From Nitrospinaceae bacterium (GTDB lineage: Bacteria > Nitrospinota > Nitrospinia > Nitrospinales > VA-1), in assembly GCA_023271875.1 (NCBI GenBank), contig JALPWY010000002.1, forward strand, positions 1,251 through 65,250: a stretch of DNA of 64,000 nt, read 5' to 3'. Positions within the stretch are counted from its first letter, which is position 1. Every line of letters starts with the position of its first letter. A model generated the notes under the pieces. It saw only the letters and a list, made by a program, of their open reading frames with translations. It did no database searches and was not told the origin of the DNA. A program made the translations under genes and the position numbers. Shown in pieces: positions 19,919-30,100 of this stretch.

Positions 19919-20734
19919 TTAAGCAGCTTTTTTTGAATCAGGAGAAGGTGAGAAGGTTTCTCTTCGATCCAAAGTATTTTGTAGGGCAACAGGATCAGCC
20001 TCTTGGTTAAATCTAGAATTGAGAAATGATTGCCTCAACGAATGGGGTGTAGCTAGTTTTTTTAACCCAGACGCAATAAGGGATTTTTTGAAAAATTTTG
20101 CGACTGCTCGTGTTGTTAGTGCACCACCCCGTTCGCTGGGAAATAAATATTGGCTAGTATTTTTAGCTCCGACCTGTCTTCCCAGTGAGTCCTTGAGGTG
20201 TTTTGAAAAAAAAGTGGTTCGCTTCTTTCCGTCAAGTCCCGGCACATGCAACATCAGTCTATCGAGATTGAGATGCTCCACTTTTACTTCCACTAATTCA
20301 GAAACTCTTAAGCCAGCGGAGTATGCTAGTTCAATCATTAGACGGTTCCTGATAGTTTTTGTGTGGCAGGTGATTTGATAAACTTCATTAGGGGTAAGAA
20401 CTATAGGTGCAGGACGTGCTTTTCTCGGCCGTTTAAACCCTGAAAGGTTCAGTTGTCGTCCAAATAATTCATAATAGAAAATTTCCATTGCCTTGGTCGC
20501 CTGGTCTATCGTTGACCTTGAAAACCCACTCTCGACAAGGTGGTCCAAGTGGTTCTTGATATCCTGTTCGGTGATATTTTGTAGATTAACTGGGCGGTTA
20601 AACCGAATAAAGGCTTGGGTTTGTCCAAGGTATGCTTTTACAGTTCCAGAGCTATATCCGCACAGTTTCATATGATTTTGCATCATATTTAAAAAATGAA
20701 TCAGACTTGGAATAGTAATGATAGCTGTATTCAC
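19919..20734 (-). CDS. Integron-integrase/Xer-like tyrosine recombinase homologue lacking the catalytic His and Tyr
   Basis: N-terminal SAM-like domain (YS..T..AY), RPRK, YSAGLRVSE, YLFP, TPHSLR; LGH box and Tyr absent; AGGAG RBS before GTG. Confidence 0.85.
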   Translation of the reverse strand: MNTAIITIPSLIHFLNMMQNHMKLCGYSSGTVKAYLGQTQAFIRFNRPVNLQNITEQDIKNHLDHLVESGFSRSTIDQATKAMEIFYYELFGRQLNLSGFKRPRKARPAPIVLTPNEVYQITCHTKTIRNRLMIELAYSAGLRVSELVEVKVEHLNLDRLMLHVPGLDGKKRTTFFSKHLKDSLGRQVGAKNTSQYLFPSERGGALTTRAVAKFFKKSLIASGLKKLATPHSLRQSFLNSRFNQEADPVALQNTLDRRETFSPSPDSKKAA

Positions 20735-20805
20735 GAATGTGTCTCCTGAAGCGGAGCGTCAGCGACGCAATGGTTATTAGTTTTTTTGGCGAGAATCATG
20801 CCCCA

Positions 20806-20834
20806 AGTATAACCAATAATACTAATAAAATCAA
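20806..20834 (-). promoter_or_regulatory. Sigma70-like promoter of the recombinase homologue
   Basis: TTGATT-17 nt-TATACT on the minus strand, with an AT-rich UP-like tract upstream. Confidence 0.6.
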
Positions 20835-20952
20835 TAATTTAATAAATATATGAGGGATAGCGGCCTTAAGGTTTGCCACTCAGTGGCACACACTTCGAAC
20901 AGCGATTTAAACGTTATCCACTTAAATGACAGGGTGCGTGATTGCTTCGAAA

Positions 20953-22491
20953 TTATAAATCATACTTTGCAAAGTGAGTTTTGATGGCTGAGAAAAGACC
21001 TGTAACGGTGTATTGGTTGGGGACGATAGTAACTTTAAGTCCACGGTCCTCTGCAGTTTTTTGAGTGACGGGTCCGATGCAGGCAACAGTGATCTTGTTA
21101 AGTTTTTCATGATGTTCTTTATTAAGGCGATCAAGAAAATTAGTTACTGTTGAGGATGATGTGAAAGTGATCACATCAATAGTCCCTTCATTCAGCCGTT
21201 TAAGAAAGCTGGACCCCGGTTGTTCAGGTAGAATTATTTGGTAAGCAGGAACCACGTCAATGCTGGCTCCCATTTTACGCAATGTGTTCGGTAAAACTTC
21301 ACGAGCAACACTGGCACGTGGCAAAAGAAATTTTTTCCCTTCGATATTGTCCTTACCTATACACTCAATTAACGATTCGGCTATGTAGTTTTCAGGAACT
21401 GTATCGACTCGAATATTTAATTTGAGGACGGCTTGTTCTGTTTTAGGACCAATCGCATAAACGCGAACTCCTTTGAGTTCTCGGATATCTTTGTTTTTTT
21501 CCCTTAGTCGCTGAGAAAAAAAATGTACCCCATTTGCACTGGTGAAAATTAGCCCATCATAACTGGATAATTCTTCAAGAGATTGATCTAGTGGACCCCA
21601 GTCTACTGGAGGAATGGTCTTAATGGATGAATAGAGAAATGCTTCGGCTCCTTGTTCCTCAAGCATATGAATAAATGATTCTGCTTGATCTTCGGCTCGG
21701 GTTACAACAAATGTTTTTCCAAACAATGGAAGAGTCTCGTACCAGTCAGTAATCGGTTTTAGATTAACTACTTCGCCAATGATAGTCAGGGTTGGAGGTT
21801 GGATTTTTTCTTTCGTGGTGATATCGACTATGGTGTTAAGAGTACCAACCCAAGTTTTCTGGCGGGAGGTGGTACCCCATTGAATAACCGCGACAGGAGT
21901 ATCCGGTTTTTTTTTGAATTTAATAAGCTGTTCAACGATTCTGGGTAGCTTGCGCGCACCCATAAGAAAAACCAATGTTCCTGTGCGAGTAGAAATATTT
22001 TCCCAATCAAGCTTTAAATGTTCTTCTCCGTGTTCGTTGCTTCCGGTAATGATTGAAATAGTTGATGCGTGATCGCGATGTGTAAGAGGAATTCCTGCGT
22101 ATGCAGAAACGCCGACGGGGGAGGGAATTCCGGGAACAATGGTAAAATGAATGTCCGCTTCCTTAAGAGCTTGTACTTCTTCACCTCCACGGCCGAAAAT
22201 AAAAGGATCTCCTCCTTTTAAACGAACAACAATTTTTCCTGCACGGGCACTATTAATCAGCAATTCATTGATTTTATTTTGCGTGACTGTGGCATACCCT
22301 GCCTTTTTCCCAACATATATAAGTTCCGCTGAGCTAGCGAAACAAAGTATGTTTGAGTTGACCAAGTGATCATATATAACTACGTCTGCCCGCACTAACC
22401 AGTCTTTTCCTCTAAGAGTCAGAAGTCCAATATCACCGGGACCGGCGCCCACTAAAATAACTTGTCCTTTTTTCAAGTTTGGTTCAGTCAT
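20953..22491 (-). CDS. cobA-hemD: Uroporphyrinogen-III C-methyltransferase / uroporphyrinogen-III synthase fusion
   Basis: GAGPGD, RLKGGDPFIFGRGGEE; C-terminal VTRA, FTSANGV, IGPKT, FTSSSTV. Confidence 0.95.
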   Translation of the reverse strand: MTEPNLKKGQVILVGAGPGDIGLLTLRGKDWLVRADVVIYDHLVNSNILCFASSAELIYVGKKAGYATVTQNKINELLINSARAGKIVVRLKGGDPFIFGRGGEEVQALKEADIHFTIVPGIPSPVGVSAYAGIPLTHRDHASTISIITGSNEHGEEHLKLDWENISTRTGTLVFLMGARKLPRIVEQLIKFKKKPDTPVAVIQWGTTSRQKTWVGTLNTIVDITTKEKIQPPTLTIIGEVVNLKPITDWYETLPLFGKTFVVTRAEDQAESFIHMLEEQGAEAFLYSSIKTIPPVDWGPLDQSLEELSSYDGLIFTSANGVHFFSQRLREKNKDIRELKGVRVYAIGPKTEQAVLKLNIRVDTVPENYIAESLIECIGKDNIEGKKFLLPRASVAREVLPNTLRKMGASIDVVPAYQIILPEQPGSSFLKRLNEGTIDVITFTSSSTVTNFLDRLNKEHHEKLNKITVACIGPVTQKTAEDRGLKVTIVPNQYTVTGLFSAIKTHFAKYDL

Positions 22492-23272
22492 CACATGAAT
22501 GGATATAGTTAGAAAGAACTGCGAAATCTTCAATTGATAATGTTTCTCCTCTGCGATTCAAATTGATTCCAGCCAGTTTTATTGTCCCATTTTGGTTTTG
22601 AAACAAATTTTTCCACTCCGTAAGATTGTTTTTAAGCATTTTTCGTTTATGCAAAAAAGAGGCGTTAACTACAGAAAAAAATGTTTTCAAGTTGTCAACT
22701 TGCACCCTTGAAGTGGTTAGTGGAGTTAGTTTTATAACCGAAGAATCAATTTTCGGTTTCGGTGAAAAAGCTTCTTTACTCACCTCTATAAGTCGTTCCA
22801 CTTCGCAGTAAAACTGAATAAAAACAGAAAGTGATCCATAGTCACGTGTGCCCGGGAGTGCAACCAGACGGTCGACGACTTCTTTTTGTAACATTACAGT
22901 GATGCTAGTAAAGTATTCGCGGTAATGAATAAGTCTCTTGAGGATATGAGTTGCGGCATAGTATGGTAAATTTGACACGACTTGACACTGGTTTCCTAAT
23001 GCGTTGTAGTTATACTTCAAGGCATCTGTTTGAATAAGTTGAAAGTTTTCGTATGCTTTAAAGCTGTCCGTTAATGCCAAGCAAAGTCCGGAATCTATTT
23101 CAATGGCAGTTAGTGATTTAGCTTTTTTCAGCAGAAGAGCAGTGAGAATTCCTTTTCCGGGGCCAATTTCTAATACATGCTGATTACTAGAAATACCTGC
23201 TTGATAAATAATTTTGCGAGCGATGTCCTCGTTGATTAGATAGTTCTGGCCCAAGGGTGGTTTTTTCATCAT
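22484..23272 (-). CDS. rsmA: 16S rRNA adenine dimethyltransferase
   Basis: LGQNYL, EIGPGKG, SNLPY, MLQKEV. Confidence 0.95.
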   Translation of the reverse strand: MMKKPPLGQNYLINEDIARKIIYQAGISSNQHVLEIGPGKGILTALLLKKAKSLTAIEIDSGLCLALTDSFKAYENFQLIQTDALKYNYNALGNQCQVVSNLPYYAATHILKRLIHYREYFTSITVMLQKEVVDRLVALPGTRDYGSLSVFIQFYCEVERLIEVSKEAFSPKPKIDSSVIKLTPLTTSRVQVDNLKTFFSVVNASFLHKRKMLKNNLTEWKNLFQNQNGTIKLAGINLNRRGETLSIEDFAVLSNYIHSCDD

Positions 23273-24315
23273 GAGCGACTGAGTGTGGGCTTGGTGAGTT
23301 GAGCGGCAGATTGTATTGCTAATTTAAGGCTTTCAGGGGAGGCGTAGTTCTTTCCAGCTATATCAAAAGCTGTTCCATGGTCGACTGACGTACGGATGAT
23401 TGGCAGCCCAATAGTTACATTAACCGCGGTACCCTTATTGGCCATTTTTACAGGAATCATCCCCTGATCGTGATACATCGTGATCACGGCATCGTATTGA
23501 TTTGGCTCAAATTTTGCGAAAAGAGCATCCGCCGAAAATGGGCCAAAAGCGTTGATGCCTTCTTTTCGAGTAGCATCTAGAGCTGGAATGATTTCTTCCA
23601 GTTCCTCCTTACCAAAAATTCCACCGTCACCACAGTGTGGGTTGAGGCCAGTCACTGCAATTTTTGGGTTTTCAGTCACATGTTCAAGTAGCCAGTGATA
23701 AGTGAGTTTGATAGTAGTTGTTACTTGCTTGTATGTGATCCTTTCCCATACTTTATTGAGTGGTACATGCGTTGTAACAATTACCACTCGTAGTGCATCA
23801 CCTGTTAGCATAAGAGCTACGTTGTTCGAGCCAGTTAAATCAGCTAGCATTTCGGTATGCCCCGGCCATGTAAACCCCGCGAGATGAATACTTTTTTTAT
23901 TGATTGGGGCGGTAGTAATTGCTTCAACTTTATGATCGAGTGCTAGGTTAACGGCGGTACGAATATACTCTACAGAGGCTTTTCCACCTACAGCATCAGC
24001 TTGGCCTACATTAATACCATTTGAAATATTCTTCAAATCCAATACATCAATGGAGCCCGGGGTAAAGGATGCTTCCTGCGGAGATGATATGGGGATAATA
24101 GAGAGGCTAGATGCTAACTTCAAGGCCACTTCGTTTAAAAATGTGGCATCTCCGACAATAAGTGGACACGAAAAGTTGTAAACCGATCGATCCTGAAACA
24201 TTTTAACAATGATTTCCGGTCCGACACCGGCGGGGTCGCCCATGGTAATGGCGATGCGTGGTCGGTCTTCCAAAGCGCTTCCTCCAAAATTCTTTAAACT
24301 ATTGTGTGCCGGCAC
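23269..24315 (-). CDS. pdxA: 4-hydroxythreonine-4-phosphate dehydrogenase
   Basis: GDPAGVGPE, GHTE, LNPH, MYHDQG, RTSVDHGTAFDIAG. Confidence 0.95.
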   Translation of the reverse strand: MPAHNSLKNFGGSALEDRPRIAITMGDPAGVGPEIIVKMFQDRSVYNFSCPLIVGDATFLNEVALKLASSLSIIPISSPQEASFTPGSIDVLDLKNISNGINVGQADAVGGKASVEYIRTAVNLALDHKVEAITTAPINKKSIHLAGFTWPGHTEMLADLTGSNNVALMLTGDALRVVIVTTHVPLNKVWERITYKQVTTTIKLTYHWLLEHVTENPKIAVTGLNPHCGDGGIFGKEELEEIIPALDATRKEGINAFGPFSADALFAKFEPNQYDAVITMYHDQGMIPVKMANKGTAVNVTIGLPIIRTSVDHGTAFDIAGKNYASPESLKLAIQSAAQLTKPTLSRS

Positions 24316-24345
24316 GTGACAGTTCGCCCGGGGAGAACTATGAGA

Positions 24346-26016
24346 TCAGCCTCTTAGTTTTTGGACTTTTGGCCGGCTTTGCTCAATGGGGGCCATTGGG
24401 TTGGGGCCAGCTGCGAGTATTTCTTTTGTAACGGTGCTTTCATATTCTTTGAAGTTCTCAACAAATTGTGCAGCGAGATCCCGGGCTTTTTTATCGTAGT
24501 CCTTTTTATTTTTCCAGGTATTTCTTGGGTTAAGAATTTCTTGAGGAACGGCTTGATGGCCTTCGATACTAACCGATGTGGGAATATGTAACCCAAACAC
24601 CGGATCTGTTTCTGTTGGGATGTCCTTAAGCTCCCCTTTAAGAATTGCGCTGATCATAGCCCTAGTGTAAGCTATTTCCATTCGATGCCCTACTCCATAA
24701 GGTCCAGCAGTCCAACCTGTATTGACAAGCCAGCAGTCAACTTTATGCTCAGCAATACGTTCGCCCAACATATTTGCATAAACTGAAGGGTGTAAGGTCA
24801 TAAACGGAGCACCAAAACAGGTGCTGAATACGGCAGTGGGTTCTCGGCTTAATCCTTTTTCTGTTCCTGCAACTTTTGCGGTGTATCCAGAAATGAAGTG
24901 GTACATGGCCTGTTCGGGAGTCATTTTAGCTACCGGAGGCATCACGCCATAAGCGTCGCATGTAAGCATAATGACCTGTTTTGGATTAGCACCCATTCCA
25001 TCGGGAACAGCATTTTTAATATGCGTAATGGGGTAGCTTGCTCGTGTGTTTTCTGTGAGGCTTGCATCATCCAGGTTAAGCCTACGTGTGACCGGATCCA
25101 TAACTACATTTTCGAGAATCGTCCCAAATTGACGCGTACACTGGTAGATTTCTGGTTCTGCTTCTTCAGAAAGACGGATAACCTTCGCGTAGCACCCACC
25201 TTCAAAATTAAAAACGCCTTTATCACTCCATCCATGTTCATCGTCTCCGATTAAATCACGATTAGGGTCGGCAGAAAGGGTCGTTTTTCCTGTACCAGAA
25301 AGACCAAAAAATACTGCAGAATCTCCATCGGAGCCGATATTTGCTGAACAGTGCATCGATAGAACCGAATGCTTTTTGGGCAATAGGTAATTGAGTACAG
25401 AGAACACGGATTTTTTTATTTCCCCCGCGTAGTTTGTCCCACCGATTAGGACCATTTGCTTAGAGTAGTCCACCACAACAAAGACCTCTGAATTTGTACC
25501 ATCAATCGAAGGCACGGCTTGGAAACTTGGAACATGCAGTATTGTAAATGCTGGAACATGATTAGCCAATTTATCGAGGTCTTTGATTTGGATAAACATG
25601 TTTCTTGCGAATAGATTGTGCCAGGCAGTTTCTGTGATGACGCGGATGTGAAGTTGTTTCTCTTGGTCTGCCCCAGCACAGCAATCTTGAACATATAAAT
25701 TTTTATTTTGTAAATAGGCGAGTATGCGACCATGCAAGGCATCAAATTGCTCAACCCCGAAGGGCTTATTTACCTTGCCCCACCAAATGTCGTCTTGGCT
25801 TGTTGGCTCTTTAACAATAAACTTGTCGTTAGGGGCACGACCGGTGTGTTGGCCTGTAGCAACTACCACGGGACCCAAATGTGAAAGATGTCCCTCTCCG
25901 TTACGGCTAATGTGTTCATATAAAGCGGGCGTTGTCAGATTCCAGAAAATTTCTTTGGCATTCTTAATTCCATGATGCTCCAAACCAACCTTGTGCTTTA
26001 GGCCCTTTGTAGGCAT
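24346..26016 (-). CDS. pckA: Phosphoenolpyruvate carboxykinase (ATP)
   Basis: GLSGTGKTTLS, IGDDEHGW, NFEGGCYAK, TENTR. Confidence 0.97.
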   Translation of the reverse strand: MPTKGLKHKVGLEHHGIKNAKEIFWNLTTPALYEHISRNGEGHLSHLGPVVVATGQHTGRAPNDKFIVKEPTSQDDIWWGKVNKPFGVEQFDALHGRILAYLQNKNLYVQDCCAGADQEKQLHIRVITETAWHNLFARNMFIQIKDLDKLANHVPAFTILHVPSFQAVPSIDGTNSEVFVVVDYSKQMVLIGGTNYAGEIKKSVFSVLNYLLPKKHSVLSMHCSANIGSDGDSAVFFGLSGTGKTTLSADPNRDLIGDDEHGWSDKGVFNFEGGCYAKVIRLSEEAEPEIYQCTRQFGTILENVVMDPVTRRLNLDDASLTENTRASYPITHIKNAVPDGMGANPKQVIMLTCDAYGVMPPVAKMTPEQAMYHFISGYTAKVAGTEKGLSREPTAVFSTCFGAPFMTLHPSVYANMLGERIAEHKVDCWLVNTGWTAGPYGVGHRMEIAYTRAMISAILKGELKDIPTETDPVFGLHIPTSVSIEGHQAVPQEILNPRNTWKNKKDYDKKARDLAAQFVENFKEYESTVTKEILAAGPNPMAPIEQSRPKVQKLRG

Positions 26017-26249
26017 TGCAGAAAACTCCTTATGCGATAATTTAGATGATGCTTTTTTGAAAACTTAAAGCTTCTTTTCAGCCGGGAAGGCTTCACGCTT
26101 CTATTTAGAATATTAACACAGATCTCGGCTAGTCAGAATAGTAGACTCTAAAAATATTTGCCAAACACTTACAAACTTTGCGAAATTAAGTAGTAAGAGA
26201 GGACTTCTTCCTTCCTTATTGGTATTTATTGGTTATTTTATAAGAAATT

Positions 26250-27164
26250 ATGAGTATTTTCGGTCAAAAGAAAAAGGAGTCAGAAGTTGAGATACTTGTT
26301 CGAGAAAAAAGCGATTATAACGATATTTATGTTATGCAGAAAGGTTCCAAGCGTGAAATGTGGTTCCGAAAAAAAAATGATTTTTTTCTGCAAAGCCGTA
26401 TCGACATAAATAAACTGGATACCCTGATCCTAGTTAATACAAAATTGCTGATTTCGGCTCTTTTGCTACAACCCGCACCGAGGAGTATCCTTATGATAGG
26501 TCTTGGCGGTTGCGCTGTGAGCAACTTCTTATCTCGTTTGTATCCACAGGCTATTATAGATGTTGTTGAAATAGACCAGAAGGTCATAGATATTTCAAAA
26601 AAGTTTTTTTATTTAAACGAGACATTGAACTATAAAGTGCATCATGATGATGGGCGTCGATTTGTTCGAAAGATGTCAGATAGAAAAACTTATGATTTAA
26701 TTTATCTCGATGCCTTTAAAAGCGGATCGATCCCATTTCACCTCAAAACTATTCAGTTTTATCAAGATGTGAAACGAGTTCTTGCTTCTAGAGGAGTGGT
26801 TGGTTCAAACCTATACGGGAAAAGTAATTTATTGAAGCCCAACGACTGGAAAACGTTCTCCGGTAAATTTAATAGGATTTATTGTTTTGAAGACCATGGC
26901 CGTCGAGCCACAGTTCTTTTCGCAACAAACAGAATAGAGACTTGGGGTATGAGTCACTTTATTCAAGCGGCAAAACAATTTCATTTATCGTTGCCATTTC
27001 CGTTGGTAGATCTAGCTAAAACCTATCGGGCAGAAAAGTTAGAAAAAGATAATGGAACTGTGTTCGAAGATGATTTTGCCAAAGATGAATTTGATCGAAC
27101 GATAGAAAAAAACAATCTTGACCGCACAAAGTCCATTCTTTACCCGATTAAAAATTTTGAATAA
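26250..27164 (+). CDS. Spermidine synthase-like SAM-dependent transferase
   Basis: IGLGG, VEID..V, DGR.FV, YDLIYLDAF, IPFHL. Confidence 0.8.
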   Translation: MSIFGQKKKESEVEILVREKSDYNDIYVMQKGSKREMWFRKKNDFFLQSRIDINKLDTLILVNTKLLISALLLQPAPRSILMIGLGGCAVSNFLSRLYPQAIIDVVEIDQKVIDISKKFFYLNETLNYKVHHDDGRRFVRKMSDRKTYDLIYLDAFKSGSIPFHLKTIQFYQDVKRVLASRGVVGSNLYGKSNLLKPNDWKTFSGKFNRIYCFEDHGRRATVLFATNRIETWGMSHFIQAAKQFHLSLPFPLVDLAKTYRAEKLEKDNGTVFEDDFAKDEFDRTIEKNNLDRTKSILYPIKNFE

Positions 27165-27177
27165 TCAAGAGAAGGAG

Positions 27178-30100
27178 TTAAGAGGATAGGGTTTTCTTGA
27201 TATCGAAAAACTGAATACGGTTGTTGCACATATCCGCTACCGCTAGAAGGTCATCACGTGTGTCCATCCATCCTGCCAAGTTAAACTGTCCGGTTCGCTT
27301 TCCAGAGTTCCCGTAAATTCCTTGAATGTTTAAGGAAGAGTCCAGATGAAGAATACGACTACTCCAGTGATCAGAGGCGAAAATTCCGTAGGTCTGACTA
27401 AATGTTGTAATGTATAAATCTCCAAACCCGGTCTCTTTTCGTTTGAGACTTGCTAATAAATTTCCACCTGCATCGTAACGTTTAATCAGATCGTCAGACT
27501 GGTCGGCAACAAGGTATTCAGCATTTTCGAGACAACAGATGCCGACAGGGTGATTCAAATCTTTAGGAGCAACCGAATTTATAAGCTTACCATTTGGATT
27601 ATAAACTTGAATGCGGTGGTGAGTGGTGTCTGCTACCCAAAGATTGTCTTCATTGTCAATCGAAGATGAAAAGACCATGCCTACACGCTGTCCTTTTTCC
27701 TCACAATCACCGAATGCCAAAAGAAACTCTCCATCTGGCAAGAACTTTTGAATCCGCTGGTTATTCATGTCAACGACATAGACGTTATCCTGCCGGTCTA
27801 GGTGCAAGCTGACAGGATATTGGAATCTACCAGGACCATTGCCCCACCCTCCAAATCGAGCGAGACATATACCGGATTGAGATATTCGACTCACATGATG
27901 ATTTTCTTGATCTACGTAGAATATATTTCCGCTACTGTCAAAAGCTAACCCCATAGGTTGCGCAAGGGTTCCTATAGCTGGACCCATGGGAGTAAGCGAG
28001 TGAGAAATGGCTGGCACTAATTCAAAAATAGACCTTCCCTTGTCGTGTGCATTAGTTTGTCTAAGAAAATCGAACAGACGATCCAGCCTATTGCATGTTC
28101 GGGAGTGGCGAAGTAGATTAAACTTTAAATCTTCTAGGTCATTTTTTATCTCTTCTCTTTCGTTCTCTAATTGTATCGAGCGATCAACGTTCTCTCTATT
28201 TTGTTCCAAGTTTAGATTTAATAGCTGGTTTTTTAAGTCTGAGAATCGGAAGCTAAAACTTTTAATTTTTTTTGCGATGCAATCGACATGAGTTTCTTCC
28301 TGTGAATGGTAGGTCGCGAGGTTTTCATAAAAAGACCGAGAAGATGGTTCTTGAACCACCTCTTTATTGGTAGCAAGGAGGGCGGAGCCAGTTATCAGTC
28401 GGTTGATATTATGGTCTTCATTGACTTCAAGAGTCAGAATCATTCGTTTAAGAAGGCTGATTTGGAAATTAACCGCAGAAATATTATTGTTGATTGAGAT
28501 AGGAGTACGCTTATCCTGTGGGCTAACGCGCTTCAGTTGCTGATTTAAGTCCCGGCACTGCTTGTGAAGATCTTTTAGCTGATACTGTAGTTCATTGTTT
28601 TTTGCCTCGTAATTGGTTTGCGACTCTAGAATTTGAGAAATTCTTTGCGCAAAAGCATCGGGTAAAGAGTCTACGTAGTACGCGCTGTTTCCTATAATGA
28701 GTTGTTTGGATTTGGTTTCAAGTTCGGCATTTTCGGCATCATAGGAGTTAATAATTTCTTCAATATTTAAATCTTCTATGTCGAAGGGTATTGGGGAGAA
28801 ATAATCTGGTTCAAGTTTTTTGGCCGAAGGTTTTTTGTTTTCTCCCCGGAGAGCAATCCATGTATCAATTAGATCTCTCCACAAAGTGTCAATAATAGTA
28901 TGAGCAAAGCGAGTTTCTTGAATGCCTAATAAAATTTTTGGAATAATTTGGTTGGTAGGGGGTTGTTCAATGACCTCTTTTAAAACTGCACCAATTTTTT
29001 GGTTTTCTGTTGATGCTTGGGCAGAACACTTGAGAGTAATGAGCAGGGTGCGTAGTTCGAAAAGTAATGGTGTAAATAGAAGGACTATTCGATTGTTAGC
29101 AAGGAAATTGGTGAGAAAAATATTCCACTTCGACTGGTCCTCTTGTAACTCACTGAATGCTTTGACCATTTCTAGTTCATTTACTTCCTTGATGGCTAGC
29201 TTATCGGAGAAGATATTTCCTAACTCGTTTAATCGTTCAACCAGATTGTCGCACGCTGGCTGAATTAATGTTGCTGAACATTGGCTGGCGACCATATTAC
29301 TTATGTATTCTGCTAATTGATCAGATAACCGGCAGTGTTTATAGGACGCTGCCCGAATTTCTCTGAATAAAATTTTAGCTTGTTTTTCTACGTCGAATAA
29401 TTCCTGATTGAAAACACGGGGGTCTTCTCGATCCTCAAGCATCTCCAATTGTTTTGTAAATTCTTTATCGCTAAATTTTCGAGCAACTTCTTCCCAAGCC
29501 TCATAAGTTTTTTGAACTTTTTCTCGTGAGGACTTTAATTGCCGAATAAAGATTTCAAGTCCACCAAGAAGAGCGGTTTGATTTTTTGAAGAGCTATGTT
29601 CTTTGAGAACTATACGGCTAAGATTTAAAAGGAGGTTTGCGTTAAAAATTTTTATCGACCAGTCGCGATTTGCTTCAGATCGCATAAGTTGGATAGCTTT
29701 TGCATAACTTTCAGTCGCTCTTAAGGATTCTGTTGATTGTTCCGCTATTTGCCCTTGGAGAGTAGGCCACTCCGGATTTCTGGAATCAGATTGAACTCTG
29801 TCACTGGCAATCGATTCTAAAGAATGAGAAGGTGTGGAAAAACGAAAGACACGAGGGTTAAAGGTTAGGCCTACATACAATTTCCCATGAGAATCTATAG
29901 CTGTAAGACAAGGAGACTTAAGAGGCGTAGAATCACCGGTCTGTTCTAAAGAATCCAAGAACTGGCCAAATGGAGAAAATATTTGAACGCGATTATTATT
30001 TAAATCACTTATATAGAGAAGGTCATTTCCTCCAATGGAGACGCAAAGAGGGTATTGAAATTGTCCAATTTCTTCTCCACGTTCACCAAATGTAAGTATT

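Noticed and set aside
20915-20923. Single DnaA-box-like TTATCCACT
   Set aside because: It is an isolated 8/9 match with no cluster or origin context.
19870-20950. Integron (attI/attC cassettes) or dif site near the integrase-like gene
   Set aside because: There is no cassette array, no attC-like repeat and no recognisable dif sequence; the flanks are housekeeping genes.
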